The notes below the pieces were generated by a model. It did not search any database. It was not told the origin of the DNA and saw nothing but the letters and a program-made list of their open reading frames with translations. Source: an uncultured delta proteobacterium (GTDB lineage: Bacteria > Desulfobacterota > Binatia > UBA9968). Taken from it: 64,000 bases of DNA. Numbering within the stretch: the stretch's first letter is position 1; the number at the start of each line of letters is the position of its first letter. The stretch covers positions 576,001 through 640,000 of the forward strand of contig CAVUZH010000003.1 in the NCBI GenBank assembly GCA_963745835.1, given 5' to 3'. A program made the translations under genes and the position numbers. This document shows, piece by piece, positions 49,524 through 60,166 of this stretch.

Positions 49524-49952
49524 ATGCAGCAAACCTCAACGAGAGCGTTTTTATTGGTTGCACTTAGTTTGGTCCATCTGAATGGCTGCGCTGCTCCTTT
49601 GGCGCTGACTCTTCTCGGCGTGGGTGCCGGCGTAACAACCGGTACAGCAGTTTCATACACTATGGACGGGATTGCCTACCGAACTTTTACAGCACCCCTT
49701 CCACAGGTCGAGCGGGCTACGCTAACGGCGCTAAATGATATGGGACTGGCTATCGAGGGCACAGAGAAGACTGACGAAGGAAAAGCGATAAAAGCCAAGG
49801 GACTTGAGCGTCAGATCGAGATTGAACTACAGGCCATAAGCTCCAAGACGACCCGAATCCGCACGGTTGCCAAGGATGGAATATTTTTTAAAGACCGAGC
49901 GACTGCTACGGAGATCATTTTACAGACCGAAAGAATTCTTGGAAAAGCGTAA
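49524..49952 (+). CDS. DUF3568-like lipoprotein
   Basis: LNGC lipobox, GVGAG..G.AVSY, IEIEL...S.KTTRIR...D.ATA.EI pattern. Confidence 0.7.
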   Translation: MQQTSTRAFLLVALSLVHLNGCAAPLALTLLGVGAGVTTGTAVSYTMDGIAYRTFTAPLPQVERATLTALNDMGLAIEGTEKTDEGKAIKAKGLERQIEIELQAISSKTTRIRTVAKDGIFFKDRATATEIILQTERILGKA

Positions 49953-49970
49953 ATACAAAGGAGGTTATCT

Positions 49971-50795
49971 ATGAAAAAAGTCCCCCACTTTTTTGCGATC
50001 GCCGTTTCGTTAGTGATCGTGGCAGCGGCTCCGGCACCGAACTTTGCTCAGACATCTTCTGGGAGTAGCACGCCAGCGACCAACATCAGCAATGACTACA
50101 GCTACTTCCTTAAGAACGTTGATTCGAAGCAGGTCGTAAACGACCTTAGAAACGGGCAGTGGACCACCACTACTACAGACCCTCAGACGAATGTGTCGAC
50201 GACCACTACCGAGGCTCTTCCAACCGGGAAGATGGGATTCGGAAATGTGAAGATTTCCTTGGCTCTAGCCCAGGAGAGCCTAAGGCAGCAAAACATCATG
50301 CAACCGACATCTGAGCAGCTTCACACCTCTTTGGTGGGCGGGCAGATGGTTCCGGGCGACTCCACGACCACGACCAATGGCATTCTCCAGATGCGCGCCG
50401 AAGGAATGGGTTGGGGACAAATTGCACAAAAGTATGATGTCAAACTTGGTCAGCTCATGAGCGGCAAGCAGCCTGCGTCGACGACAACTACCAGTACGAC
50501 GAGTACGACTACGACCAGCAGTGGAAAGTCGTCGACTACCGCGACAGGTAAAGGCAATGGCAAGGGCATTTCCGGAAGCAATTCTCAGGAAAACGGAATT
50601 GTCAGCGCCTCGGGCCGGACCTCCGGCACATCCTCTAGTTCCACGAATCAGGGTGGCCGCGGCATTGTGAGCGGGTCCGGTCGATCCGTCGGCCATACCA
50701 GCGGGATTGTTACTGGGGCCGGCAATGGGCATCAACATGGCGCATCGGGAGGTGGTCAAGGTAACAGCGGAGGACATGGCAAGGGTCCGAAATAG
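49971..50795 (+). CDS. Secreted protein with GMGWGQIA motif and S/T/G-rich tail
   Basis: AAGGAGG RBS, signal peptide, MGFGNVKISLALA, GILQMRAEGMGWGQIA. Confidence 0.8.
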   Translation: MKKVPHFFAIAVSLVIVAAAPAPNFAQTSSGSSTPATNISNDYSYFLKNVDSKQVVNDLRNGQWTTTTTDPQTNVSTTTTEALPTGKMGFGNVKISLALAQESLRQQNIMQPTSEQLHTSLVGGQMVPGDSTTTTNGILQMRAEGMGWGQIAQKYDVKLGQLMSGKQPASTTTTSTTSTTTTSSGKSSTTATGKGNGKGISGSNSQENGIVSASGRTSGTSSSSTNQGGRGIVSGSGRSVGHTSGIVTGAGNGHQHGASGGGQGNSGGHGKGPK

Positions 50796-50825
50796 CGGTC
50801 AAGTCTAATAGAGGAGAAAAAAACC

Positions 50826-51140
50826 ATGAATGCTACTTTTATAAAATTATCAGCTGTGGCAATTGCGTTCAGCATGAGCGTGGCGATTCCGGCCGCTTAC
50901 TCACAAGGAAAAGGGAAAGGTAAAGAAAAGGGAAAGCAGAACGTCGATGCAAAAGAGAAACATGGCCGTGAGGCGGGCGAACTTCCGCATGGTCTTGAAC
51001 AGTTCTCCGAAAAAAAGGGCACCCTCCCGTCAGGATTGCAGAAAAAGAAGGACGACGATGGGACGCTTACGCACGGTCTCGATGGTGGTGGCAAGAAGCT
51101 AGACTTGACCACCAAAGGGAAAAAGGTTTCCAAAAAATAG
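50826..51140 (+). CDS. Small secreted Lys-rich protein with LPxGL repeats
   Basis: GAGGAG RBS, signal peptide, LPHGL / LPSGLQKK / LTHGL. Confidence 0.75.
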   Translation: MNATFIKLSAVAIAFSMSVAIPAAYSQGKGKGKEKGKQNVDAKEKHGREAGELPHGLEQFSEKKGTLPSGLQKKKDDDGTLTHGLDGGGKKLDLTTKGKKVSKK

Positions 51141-51287
51141 TCCGGCACATCCTAATGGAATGGACTTCCATGGTGATGTGAATTGCTTGAGCGCTGCATC
51201 CCGGAAAAGACCAACTGCGCCAGAATAATGTGTTTTCTGAGTTGTGTATTCCCGGCGTGCAACCCGCGGCGTAAAAAACTTATTCAG

Positions 51288-51328
51288 AACACCGGGTACC
51301 GTGCGGAAAGGTGCGTCGGTGTTTTTTT
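51288..51328 (+). terminator. Probable intrinsic terminator
   Basis: AACACCG...CGGTGTT stem followed by a T run. Confidence 0.55.
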
Positions 51329-51421
51329 ATTCAGCCGAGTTTAGGTCTGATATTTGGCACCGCCCATGCGGTCATCAAACGAGAGCGTACGAAGTCGCCA
51401 TATCGGTCTGAGGGAAGCTCT

Positions 51422-51691
51422 ATGCTCGTCATTATTGGACTCGCGCGCACTGACTATGACCAACTGCTGCAGAACGTCCCTCCCGAGGCTCCAGCGTTTA
51501 CGGTTCTCCGCCGCTGCCCCGAACTCGCCCGATGGGGACGTGAAGAACCGCTGTTCAAGTGCGTGATCATAGAGTGCAATCCAGACGAAGCCACACTGCT
51601 TTTAGAAGCCGCTAAGCAGCATTGTCCGGAAGCCGTGCCGAACATTGAGTACGGATTTAAACTCTCACGGAACTTCGCCGTGTTCAGTTAA
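51422..51691 (+). CDS. Hypothetical protein
   Basis: GAGGG RBS; 89 aa with C..DEA..LL.AAK.HCPEAV pattern. Confidence 0.6.
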   Translation: MLVIIGLARTDYDQLLQNVPPEAPAFTVLRRCPELARWGREEPLFKCVIIECNPDEATLLLEAAKQHCPEAVPNIEYGFKLSRNFAVFS

Positions 51692-51765
51692 GCTTACTTG
51701 CCCAAGAATGATAAGTAGCTTTCCTATAGATCGAGACCGCTAAAACGTTACCGTAGGAGGAAGTT

Positions 51766-52023
51766 ATGAATGACCTATTAACTTTATTTGGCGCAATCAC
51801 CGCCGGTTTCTATTTCGTCATGTTACTTACCCCCGCCTTTGCGGCCAGGAAGCTCAAGACACCTCATGCATCGTGGATTTTTTGGGGCGGACTTCTGTCC
51901 GGCACCATGTCCCTGGTGTTTCTTTCTTACCTCAAGATGTGGGTGGTGTTTTTCGCGTGGGTCGGCTTGATGGTCTGGGCTGGATCCGATGTTCAAATTA
52001 GAAAAGGCGAAGCGATAGACTAA
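51766..52023 (+). CDS. Small membrane protein
   Basis: AGGAGG RBS; about three hydrophobic segments. Confidence 0.65.
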   Translation: MNDLLTLFGAITAGFYFVMLLTPAFAARKLKTPHASWIFWGGLLSGTMSLVFLSYLKMWVVFFAWVGLMVWAGSDVQIRKGEAID

Positions 52024-52139
52024 ATTCTTTGAGATAGCGCGCCACTCCATCCGCTGTATTGCTGACGCTGGAATGTCATTACAAGACGCTTAGTTTAAGA
52101 AAATTGGAGGAGCGCGCGGTATATCAGCGTATTCTGGAT

Positions 52140-52290
52140 CCCACGGCACATCGCACCCCGGGTTCCCAGCCACTCACCATTCCCGACACCTTGACGCTGC
52201 CTGAGAAGCGAACCCAGCAAGTGCCGGCTGTCGTTCCGTCCCACGGCACTGGCGGTATCGACGGTCGTGCTGCATACCACGCGATCGCTC
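52140..52290 (+). pseudogene. Dienelactone-hydrolase-like N-terminal fragment
   Basis: LTLP.....VPAVV.SHGTGGIDGR.AYHA. Confidence 0.45.
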
Positions 52291-52381
52291 GACGTCGATA
52301 TCTTGACGCCAGACGTTTTATAGACCAGCCTTTTACCTATGGCCCTCAAATCTGCAGAAAGCGCGTAGAACAGAAAGCTCG

Positions 52382-53026
52382 ATGAGAACCAATGAGCAGT
52401 GGTTGCGGGCCCTTAGAACCGGCGGGGCTGAGCAGGAAGAAGCGCTCAAGGATTTGCGCCAACGCCTTATTAATGGCATGCGGGCTTATCTGGCCGAAGA
52501 TCGCAGCTATAAGTCAGGCCGAGGATCAGAGGAGGCCAGACAAATTGTTGAAGATTGCGCTCAAGAGGCGCTTTTAATTATCAAGCGAAAAATCGATACA
52601 TTTAGAGGCGAAAGCCGATTCACGACTTGGGCCACAACGATTGCGATCCGAAGGCTTCTAAGCGAGCTAAGACGGCGACAATGGCACGAGCTCTCGATTG
52701 AGGAATCCGCCATTGGTCATGATCTTCCTGACCGGCCGGTAGAGCCTCTGCAATCCGGCAATCCTGAGATGGCTCTTCAACAGGATGAGGTCTGGAGTCT
52801 GCTCAAGCAGATCGTTGAGAAGGACCTCACTTCAAGACAGCGGTTCGTTTTGATCGCCAGTGCTTTTCAAGGGATGCCATTGGACCTGATCGCCGCGAAG
52901 CTCGGGACCAATCGCGACAACGTATACAAGATCCTCCATGACGCACGCAAAAAGCTGAAGGTCTGCCTGACCAAGCGGCGTATTACCTTGGAGGAGATTC
53001 TGCAGACTTTCGAGGTCAAAAAGTAA
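52382..53026 (+). CDS. ECF sigma factor
   Basis: EDCAQEALL, FRGESRFTTWA region 2; region 4 with LTSRQR...IAAKLGTNRDNVYKILHDARKKLK. Confidence 0.92.
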   Translation: MRTNEQWLRALRTGGAEQEEALKDLRQRLINGMRAYLAEDRSYKSGRGSEEARQIVEDCAQEALLIIKRKIDTFRGESRFTTWATTIAIRRLLSELRRRQWHELSIEESAIGHDLPDRPVEPLQSGNPEMALQQDEVWSLLKQIVEKDLTSRQRFVLIASAFQGMPLDLIAAKLGTNRDNVYKILHDARKKLKVCLTKRRITLEEILQTFEVKK

Positions 53027-53073
53027 GAATCGGTTTCGATGGAATTCCACACGGAAGAGAGCAGATAAATATT

Positions 53074-53316
53074 GTGACGCGGGAAAAATTCAAATGGTTA
53101 GTACGAAGCATCTTTGCCGTCCAGGACGAGGAGATGCTTTGCTCCGAGTTTTTTGACATCCTTCCTCGCTATGTCGATCTTCAGCTTGAGAGAAAAGATG
53201 TAGACAAGCTTTTACCAAACGTAAGCCACCATCTCCAGCAATGCCCTGAGTGCAACGAGGTTTATCAAGCGCTCCTTCAAGCAGTCCAATCAGAAAAAGA
53301 GCCTGAAAAGACGTAA
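53074..53316 (+). CDS. Soluble zinc-binding anti-sigma factor (ZAS/zf-HC2)
   Basis: HLQQCPEC (HxxxCxxC) plus an upstream Cys; no TM segment. Confidence 0.85.
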   Translation: MTREKFKWLVRSIFAVQDEEMLCSEFFDILPRYVDLQLERKDVDKLLPNVSHHLQQCPECNEVYQALLQAVQSEKEPEKT

Positions 53317-53403
53317 GATCTCTCCGTCTGGGCGCATCTAACTCTTGTCGTAGTTCGTAAACCTCTTCCAACTCCTAACCTGTAATTTCAGGAGGTCAGG
53401 TCC

Positions 53404-54750
53404 ATGAAGCGATATGGGATAGTCCTCAGTGCAGCTCTTTTTATCGTCTTCATCCTTGCTTATATTTTTCAAGGGTTTACGGCCCCCAGCGCAGCTCAGA
53501 CGGAGCCACTTTCTCGGTTTGATCGTGTAATCCTCAACAGCGTGCGTCACAGGATCGACGAAGGTCGGCAGATTTTCCGTTTTGACACTTTCGGTGATGA
53601 AGGCTTCTGGGGGGAGACGCTTAAACTCCATTTAGCCATTGAAGGGGCAAACCTTGGCGGCGTTGGACCGGGTCTTAGCCCGAACGCAGCGCTCTCATTG
53701 GGATTGAAAGTTGATGCCGATGCACTTCCGGAAAACATCGTCGCTAGTCTCAAAGGCGGCAAGCTTGACCTCAATAACCCTGCTACCACGCTCGCGCTTC
53801 TCAAGCTCAATGCCGTTGTCGGCTTGACCGGTTTTTTCGACAACTCTGGAAGCCTACAGTCAGTTGGTATTCAGTGCGCCTTGTGTCACTCGACAGTCGA
53901 TGATTCTCTTGCCCGAGGTATTGGTCATCGGCTTGATGGTTGGGCAAACCGTAACCTGAATGTCGGTGCTATCATGGCCCTCGCTCCTGATCTGAGCGCG
54001 GTCGCAGGCCTTCTTGGTGTCGATCAGGAAACAGTGCGCAAGGTGCTCAACAGTTGGGGACCGGGGAAATTCGACGCCGAACTGTTTTTGGATGGGAAAG
54101 CCTTTCGCCCAGACGGAAATTCCGCGGCCACACTCATTCCTCCTGCTTTTGGACTTGCGGGTGTGAACCTTCACACGTGGACCGGATGGGGTTCGGTAAC
54201 GCACTGGAACGCTTTTGTCGCCAATCTCGAAATGCACGGAAAGGGGACATTCTTCGATCCGCGCTTAAACGACCCGCTACAATTTCCAATCGCCGCCGCC
54301 GCAGGGTTCGCAGACGTACGGAGTGATCCCGACCTGATAACTTCAAAACTTGCCGCTCTCCACCTTTATCAGCTCGCCATCCCTGCGCCAAAGCCGCCGA
54401 AGGGTAGCTTCGATGAAGCAGCGGCCGGCCGCGGGGAAGTTCTCTTTAATGGCAAGGCGGATTGTGCTCGTTGCCATGTGCCACCGCTCTTTACTGAGCC
54501 CGGTTGGAATATGCATACGGCAGAGGAAATCGGCATCGATGACTTTCAAGCCAACCGAGCGGCTGATCGTCGCTACCGGACCTCACCCCTTAAAGGACTT
54601 TGGACGCACCAAACAGGAGGGTTTTACCATGATGGGCGTTTTGCGCTTCTGCGGGATGTTGTCCAGCATTATAACGAATTTTTCGGGTTAGGACTGGGCA
54701 CCCAAGACTCTAATGATTTAGTCGAGTATTTGAAGTCACTTTCCGATTGA
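53404..54750 (+). CDS. Exported di-heme c-type cytochrome (bCcP/MauG/RoxA-like fold suspected)
   Basis: Signal/anchor, CALCH and CARCH heme motifs, YRT.PL.GL...GG.YHDG, DLVEYLKSL. Confidence 0.82.
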   Translation: MKRYGIVLSAALFIVFILAYIFQGFTAPSAAQTEPLSRFDRVILNSVRHRIDEGRQIFRFDTFGDEGFWGETLKLHLAIEGANLGGVGPGLSPNAALSLGLKVDADALPENIVASLKGGKLDLNNPATTLALLKLNAVVGLTGFFDNSGSLQSVGIQCALCHSTVDDSLARGIGHRLDGWANRNLNVGAIMALAPDLSAVAGLLGVDQETVRKVLNSWGPGKFDAELFLDGKAFRPDGNSAATLIPPAFGLAGVNLHTWTGWGSVTHWNAFVANLEMHGKGTFFDPRLNDPLQFPIAAAAGFADVRSDPDLITSKLAALHLYQLAIPAPKPPKGSFDEAAAGRGEVLFNGKADCARCHVPPLFTEPGWNMHTAEEIGIDDFQANRAADRRYRTSPLKGLWTHQTGGFYHDGRFALLRDVVQHYNEFFGLGLGTQDSNDLVEYLKSLSD

Positions 54751-56097
54751 GCAAAAGTCCTGGTCAGTAAAGCTCACGATCGAGAAGTCATCTCAGGTCG
54801 TAGCCAGGCAGTAGAAAACGGGCGACTCCTCTTACCGGCAGATAGCCCCAACGGTACCCAGCAGTCGAAGCTGCGGTGTAACCTTGACGGAATGGGGGCC
54901 TAACAACGCGCCCGGATCGGTGCACGTCATCGTGGACGTTAGATGATGCAGATTACGGGAGCTAAATGACGCGCTATGCTAAACAATCATAGTAAGGGCA
55001 TGTTGCCCAAGTGTAGGTTTCACTCTGCACATTCGGGTGAGGGACGGAGCATACAAGGAACGGCACAAATGAACGTGTGCCAAAGGTTGCACCAATTCCA
55101 ACCGCAATAGTTCCATAATGGAACTGGAGGAAATCGCGGGAGATTAGCACTAAAGATAAGATCGAAGCGCATCGATTAGAGCCCATGACGGCGCGTTAGG
55201 TTCTAGTTACGATTCGGCTTTTGGATGGCATTCAACTGAGCTTCGGTCAGCATACCTGAGCATGAGACGTGTCGTTAGACCTCGCCCGCGGCTGCGCCTC
55301 TCCTCGATCTGTAATTGTCTCCAACTTGTCTCCAAATCCAGATGCAACGGCATGAACTCAGGGGTAAAGAAAGCTGGGCGGACCTATGATTCTCAGGGTT
55401 GATTTGTCGCTGAATCCTTGCTGTTCAGGCTTGCGCCATTCTTCGGATCTGAGGTAAACCGAACGAGATCTCTGCGGAATAGCCGCCGGGCACCTTGTCA
55501 AAACAGACGGTTTGTCGGTACTCCGGCCGCGGTGTAAACGTGAGGAGAAGTTCCTTACGCTCGCAAATCAACAAAGGTCCAAAAAAAAATTTCCGCGGCA
55601 TAGACCCGATTCACGGATGTATTTGTGAGAAGGGAGGAGGAATGACATGCAGTGCTTTACAGAGGGGCCCCTTCGTCAAAAGGGGAGGTGGCTTAGCCAT
55701 TTGGCTCAGGGGAACCCTTTTTGGTTCCACAGACGTTTTGCGATTGGTAAACTCCGTGGGCAAGGTTTTGCCGATACTACGAAGTCAAAAACCTGAAGTG
55801 CAACGTTGCACTTTTCCAGGGTCTGAAGGGGTTCGATTAGGGACATTTCGGGATAGCCATCTGCCAGCTTAATAGCGTAACCTGCTAGGCAGATCAAAAG
55901 GTTACGTTTGGGTTCGCAGGGTTAACATTAGCGAGCCTTTTTGTATCGCCCATGCTTGCCAAGCATAAGGTCGGGAGTTCGACCCTCCTCACCCGCTCCA
56001 TCTTTAAGCCCTTGAGAAATCGAGGGTTTTTTTCTTGTGGCTATACTCGGCTGAAGCTGTCGAAGCTAGGCTTTCCATTCTTCGGTCTCACCCATCT

Positions 56098-57320
56098 ATG
56101 AAGTTCAGTGCCACCGCCCGGCCCCTCGCCGCACTCTACAGCAGTACATTTTTATCCGGCGCGTGGGCAATGGTCATCCCAACTATTCCTGTCATCGCTC
56201 GGGAGTTTGATGTATCGGCGGGTGGCGCGGCACAGATTGTGACGGCATTTGCGATCGGCAAGTTCGTCGGCACGATGGTAGCCGGGATAGTGCTGGATCG
56301 TATGGGAACACGCGTGGGGCTCATTGCCGGACCTTTAGTGGCTAGCGTGGCATCGTTTGCAACTGTGATCGCGCCTTGGCTGAGCGCGATCCTCTCGCTG
56401 GTGCTGGTAATGGGGGCGGCGGACAGCCTCTGGTCAAGCGCGCGCGAGATCGCCGGAATCGATTTCGCGGATCGCAAACAGCGCGGTCGAGTGCTGAGCA
56501 GCCTGCATGGCACCTACAACATGGGCGCGGCCGTATGTCCACTGCTCGGTGGTTGGCTTACGGACAGGTTCAGCTATAAAGCGGCGTTTATTGGCTATGC
56601 TGTCGCCACCGCGATTGCGGTTGGACTGGGATTCGTGAGCCGGGAATCGAGAAGTCCGACGTTGGCGCCAGCGAACGTCAAGCAGAATGGAAACTGGGGA
56701 TTTAGGCGGTTACGACACCTACTCCACGGCCTCGGAGGATTGTTGAGAGAAATACGCCCAGATCTAAGATCTACCTATCTGGCTCTCGTGCTCGCCACCG
56801 TGGCCAGTCAGTCGCAAAGAATATTGTTGCAGAGCATACTGCCGATCTATGCCGGATTTTATCTCCAACTATCGCCGACTCAGATCGGCATGCTTTTTTC
56901 TATTTCGGGTATCATAGTTTTCGCGATGATTATTCCCGCAGGCTTGGTTATGGATCGAATAGGGCGAAAGTGGTGCACGGTACCGAGCACCGGAATTCCA
57001 GCGCTCGTATTTCTTCTGATCCCGCTGACGAGTAGCTTCACCCAGTTATCATTCTCGTAGGATTGTCGGGTTTGGCTCAAGGACTCTCACTGGGATCGAT
57101 CGCGACTTCGACGTACGATGTGGTGCCTTCGCACGTGCGTGGAAGGTTGCAAGCGGTACGGCGAACCATCGCGGAGTTGGGCAGTGGCCTTGCCCCACTG
57201 ATCGGCGGCTATCTCGCGAACACTTACAATCCCGGTGTGCCGTTTCTGGTATATGCGCCTCTGCTACTTTTTTCTGCCGCACTTCTCGGGATAGTCGGTA
57301 AAGAGACGCTCGATCGGTGA
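56098..57320 (+). CDS. MFS transporter (one frameshift near 57055)
   Basis: G.VLDRMG.R and G.VMDRIGRK motif A in both halves; TM pattern continues in ORF 57063-57320. Confidence 0.85.
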
Positions 57321-57338
57321 GACAAGATCGCGGATTCA

Positions 57339-59822
57339 TTATCGCTTCTGCCTACCAAACAACCCTTCGAGTCCTCTGCGAATCAAGTCTTCCGGTGACT
57401 TTTGCCTGGGCTGGCGTTCTTGGTCCAGCTGGCGATCATCTGGATCACGCCGTTCTTTGCCGCCGAAGAGCTGTTCTTGGAGTTCTTCCGCGCCTCTTTG
57501 AAACAGCCCGCGCTGGAGCGCCTTTGTTAAAAAGCTTGCATCCGGCCGCGGCCTCACATTCGGCATTTTCCCCGATAACGTAAACGGAATCTCGAGCTCA
57601 TTGTTTTTATTGAAAAGTAATCTTATTTCGCGGACCGCTCCGGCGATGTCACCGGATAACTCAGGAGAGAATCGGATCACGCCGCGAAAATCGACCCGGC
57701 GTTCGAAGTCCACCCAACCATCTCCTGCGACCCTGAACTGGGCTGCGGCAATGCGCAAATTTTTTAAGTTTAGCCGGCTATCACCAATATCAATCTGCGT
57801 CTGCAAATCTTTGAAAACCGTGTCTTTGGCCTCAAATGTTTCAGGATATTTTCTCCGAACAGCCGGATTAATGAGATTTGTCAGGCCGGGAATTCCGGTG
57901 GCGCCGGAGAGCACTGCATCGGCAATATTAAAATTCAACAACGTGCCGTTTAGGACTTCGGTTTGCCCATCGCCGCGCAGAGTAGGTTTAATCTCCTGCC
58001 ACTGATCACCCTGTCCCGACAGTTTGAGATTACCGTTCAAGCTCCCTCGCATGTCCGGTTGGTCCTTGGTTGAAGTATTGATGCAATTGCACCAGATCGA
58101 TGCCTTTGATTTCCGACGCCATGGAGAATTTTGGACTCTCATTAAAACCGAATTCTCCCATCAGCGCGCGGACCCATTAAGCACATTGGCGCGAAAATTA
58201 CGCAAAACTACGTTGTTCTTAGCATAGGAGAGATTAGCGTCAAGATTCTTATAATCCAGGTTATAGATTCTTCCATCACTGGAAAGAATCTTGCCCGCCA
58301 CAGTGGTTCGGCCATTGATCGTGATTACCTGGCCATCGCTGCCGAGATCGCGGAGGACATCGCTGCTACGCTCTTGCGGCAGAGAGGTTGGATATCCGCC
58401 AGCGCTAATTCGGCAGTGTTCAAATTATAGGATACGGTAAGCGGCGAGAATTTCTCGATCACTGCTGCCAAACGGATGCGCGAATTCCCTAAATTGAAGT
58501 TCGCTTCGTTCGTTTCGGCGCGTGACTCGGAGAAATTCACCTGGGCATCTAGATTTTCGATAGCTTTGGGCAACTCCGGAACCTTAATGCTGGCGCTCTG
58601 CAAGGATAGGTTTCCATCCACCTGCGGATTTTTTCCTGCTCCCATCGGTCCACGGACTGTTGCGCGAAGCCCCATTTTGCCATTTAGGTCGTAATTAGCT
58701 ACCGCCGGAATTAATTTCCCCCAACCCTCCAAGGAGGTTGGATCGGAAGCAATGATAGGTTGATCACCGGCGTTTTACCGAGGGCAATGTCACCTTTGAC
58801 CTGTAAAGTCAGCGTGTGAAGTTTTAGGCCGGCGTTCCGGATGGCAATCTTATCATTGCTGTAATGGGCAGCGCTCTCGACGGACTAAAGGGATGCCTGC
58901 GGGTTTGTGAAAATAATCACCCTAGTTGAATAGACCCCTGGGTACCTTCAATACCGCCGTTCAATGCAAGATCATGCAGCGTTCCTTTGAGTTTCAGGTC
59001 GGTCAGTTTAAAAATCCCGCCGACTTCCAGGCCTTTGGGTAACGCGGAGAATAGCTTCGGCACGGCTTTTTTCAATTGGTTCAGATCTAGAGGATCGATG
59101 TCGAGTTGGCTATCCACGGCAACTTTGCTGTAGTCGCTTTCGGGCAGAAATCGGTCCCACCAGCAGCTTGAGATTGACATTTTGCTTTGCAGCAAAAATG
59201 CCGCCGCGAGATCGATTGATACAGGGCGATCAAAATTGAGGTCTCGTGCTCGTAAATCGAGTTGCTGAATCGTTAAATCCGTGCCGTCTGCCAGGTCACG
59301 GTAACGTGCAACTCCTCTGGATATTTCCATTAAAGCAATCAAAAGGGCGGCCCGTTCGCGCTCGCTTTGTCGCGAGCAACTTCTGTTTCAGTGTTTTTTT
59401 CTGTTTCTACATCTTTTTTCTTGTCGGACCCGCCGAGAGTTGCGAAGTTGTAAACACCTTGTCGATTTCGAATGATGTTTATCCCTGGCTCATGGAGAAT
59501 CAGTTTTTTTACCTGAACATCCTTGCGCAGCAGCGGTAGAAGTTTAACATTGGCCTGAAGACTCTTTCGCCTGCACGAAATGATCGGAAGAAAACGCGGG
59601 ATCATCGGCCAGTCTGAAGTTTTCGAAACGGACACCGATACCGTTCCAGAGATTTACTTCAATATTTTGCACCTCAATTTGCCGTCCTACGGCTTTTTCG
59701 GCCTGTTGAATAAGATACTCGCGATTGCGTCGGATGTACGAATTGATGTTCAAAACGCCAATGACAGTGGCGATCACGATTACCAGCAGGACACCGCCAA
59801 AGATGAATAACCACTTAGGCAT
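57339..59822 (-). CDS. AsmA-family protein (several frameshifts)
   Basis: N-terminal anchor, A+GR, LADDPAFS, LLPLL, C-terminal EIPFTLSG..P; split over several consecutive ORFs. Confidence 0.82.
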
Positions 59823-60166
59823 AGTTTCCAGCTCCTGTCTTAGGAGGATCAATACGAGCGGCGGGAATAGTTGCAGTCGACCTGCCATGGCCGACGGTCA
59901 AGACGATTATTATATGAGTATGCACGGCACGAGTATTATAGTGTAACTGAAAAATACGCGGATGAAAGCTGTTGGCACTATTGTCGATTGGGTGCATTTT
60001 CACTCTAAGCTCACGGTGTGATCCTCAGCCAATGGCGGCATTGATTTCCATCTCGCATACGGACCAAGTCCGCATCGAGAACGTTTTAGGAATGATTTTC
60101 ACGCCGCTACGCTTCACTCAGTTGGTTTAGGCGGTTACATGGATTAAACTCCATAATCCGTCCTAG

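Larger units (their letters stand above)
41541..56026. mobile_element. Genomic island integrated at tRNA-Gly (att copies 41541-41615 and 55952-56026)
   Basis: 75-bp identical direct repeat covering the tRNA 3' part and terminator; interior has low coding density and many relics. Confidence 0.92.

Noticed and set aside
51187-51230. SAH riboswitch-like GAGCGCTGCA...GCCAG
   Set aside because: Lacks the GCCAGGCTC closing pairing and no SAH-related gene follows.
55495-55872. 125-aa ORF near the right att as an integrase fragment
   Set aside because: No R-H-R-Y tyrosine recombinase or serine recombinase motif; the region looks non-coding.
55952-56000. Second tRNA-Gly gene
   Set aside because: The 5' acceptor strand and D arm are missing; it is the att duplicate.
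41541-56026. Prophage
   Set aside because: No terminase, capsid, tail, lysis or replication genes are recognisable.
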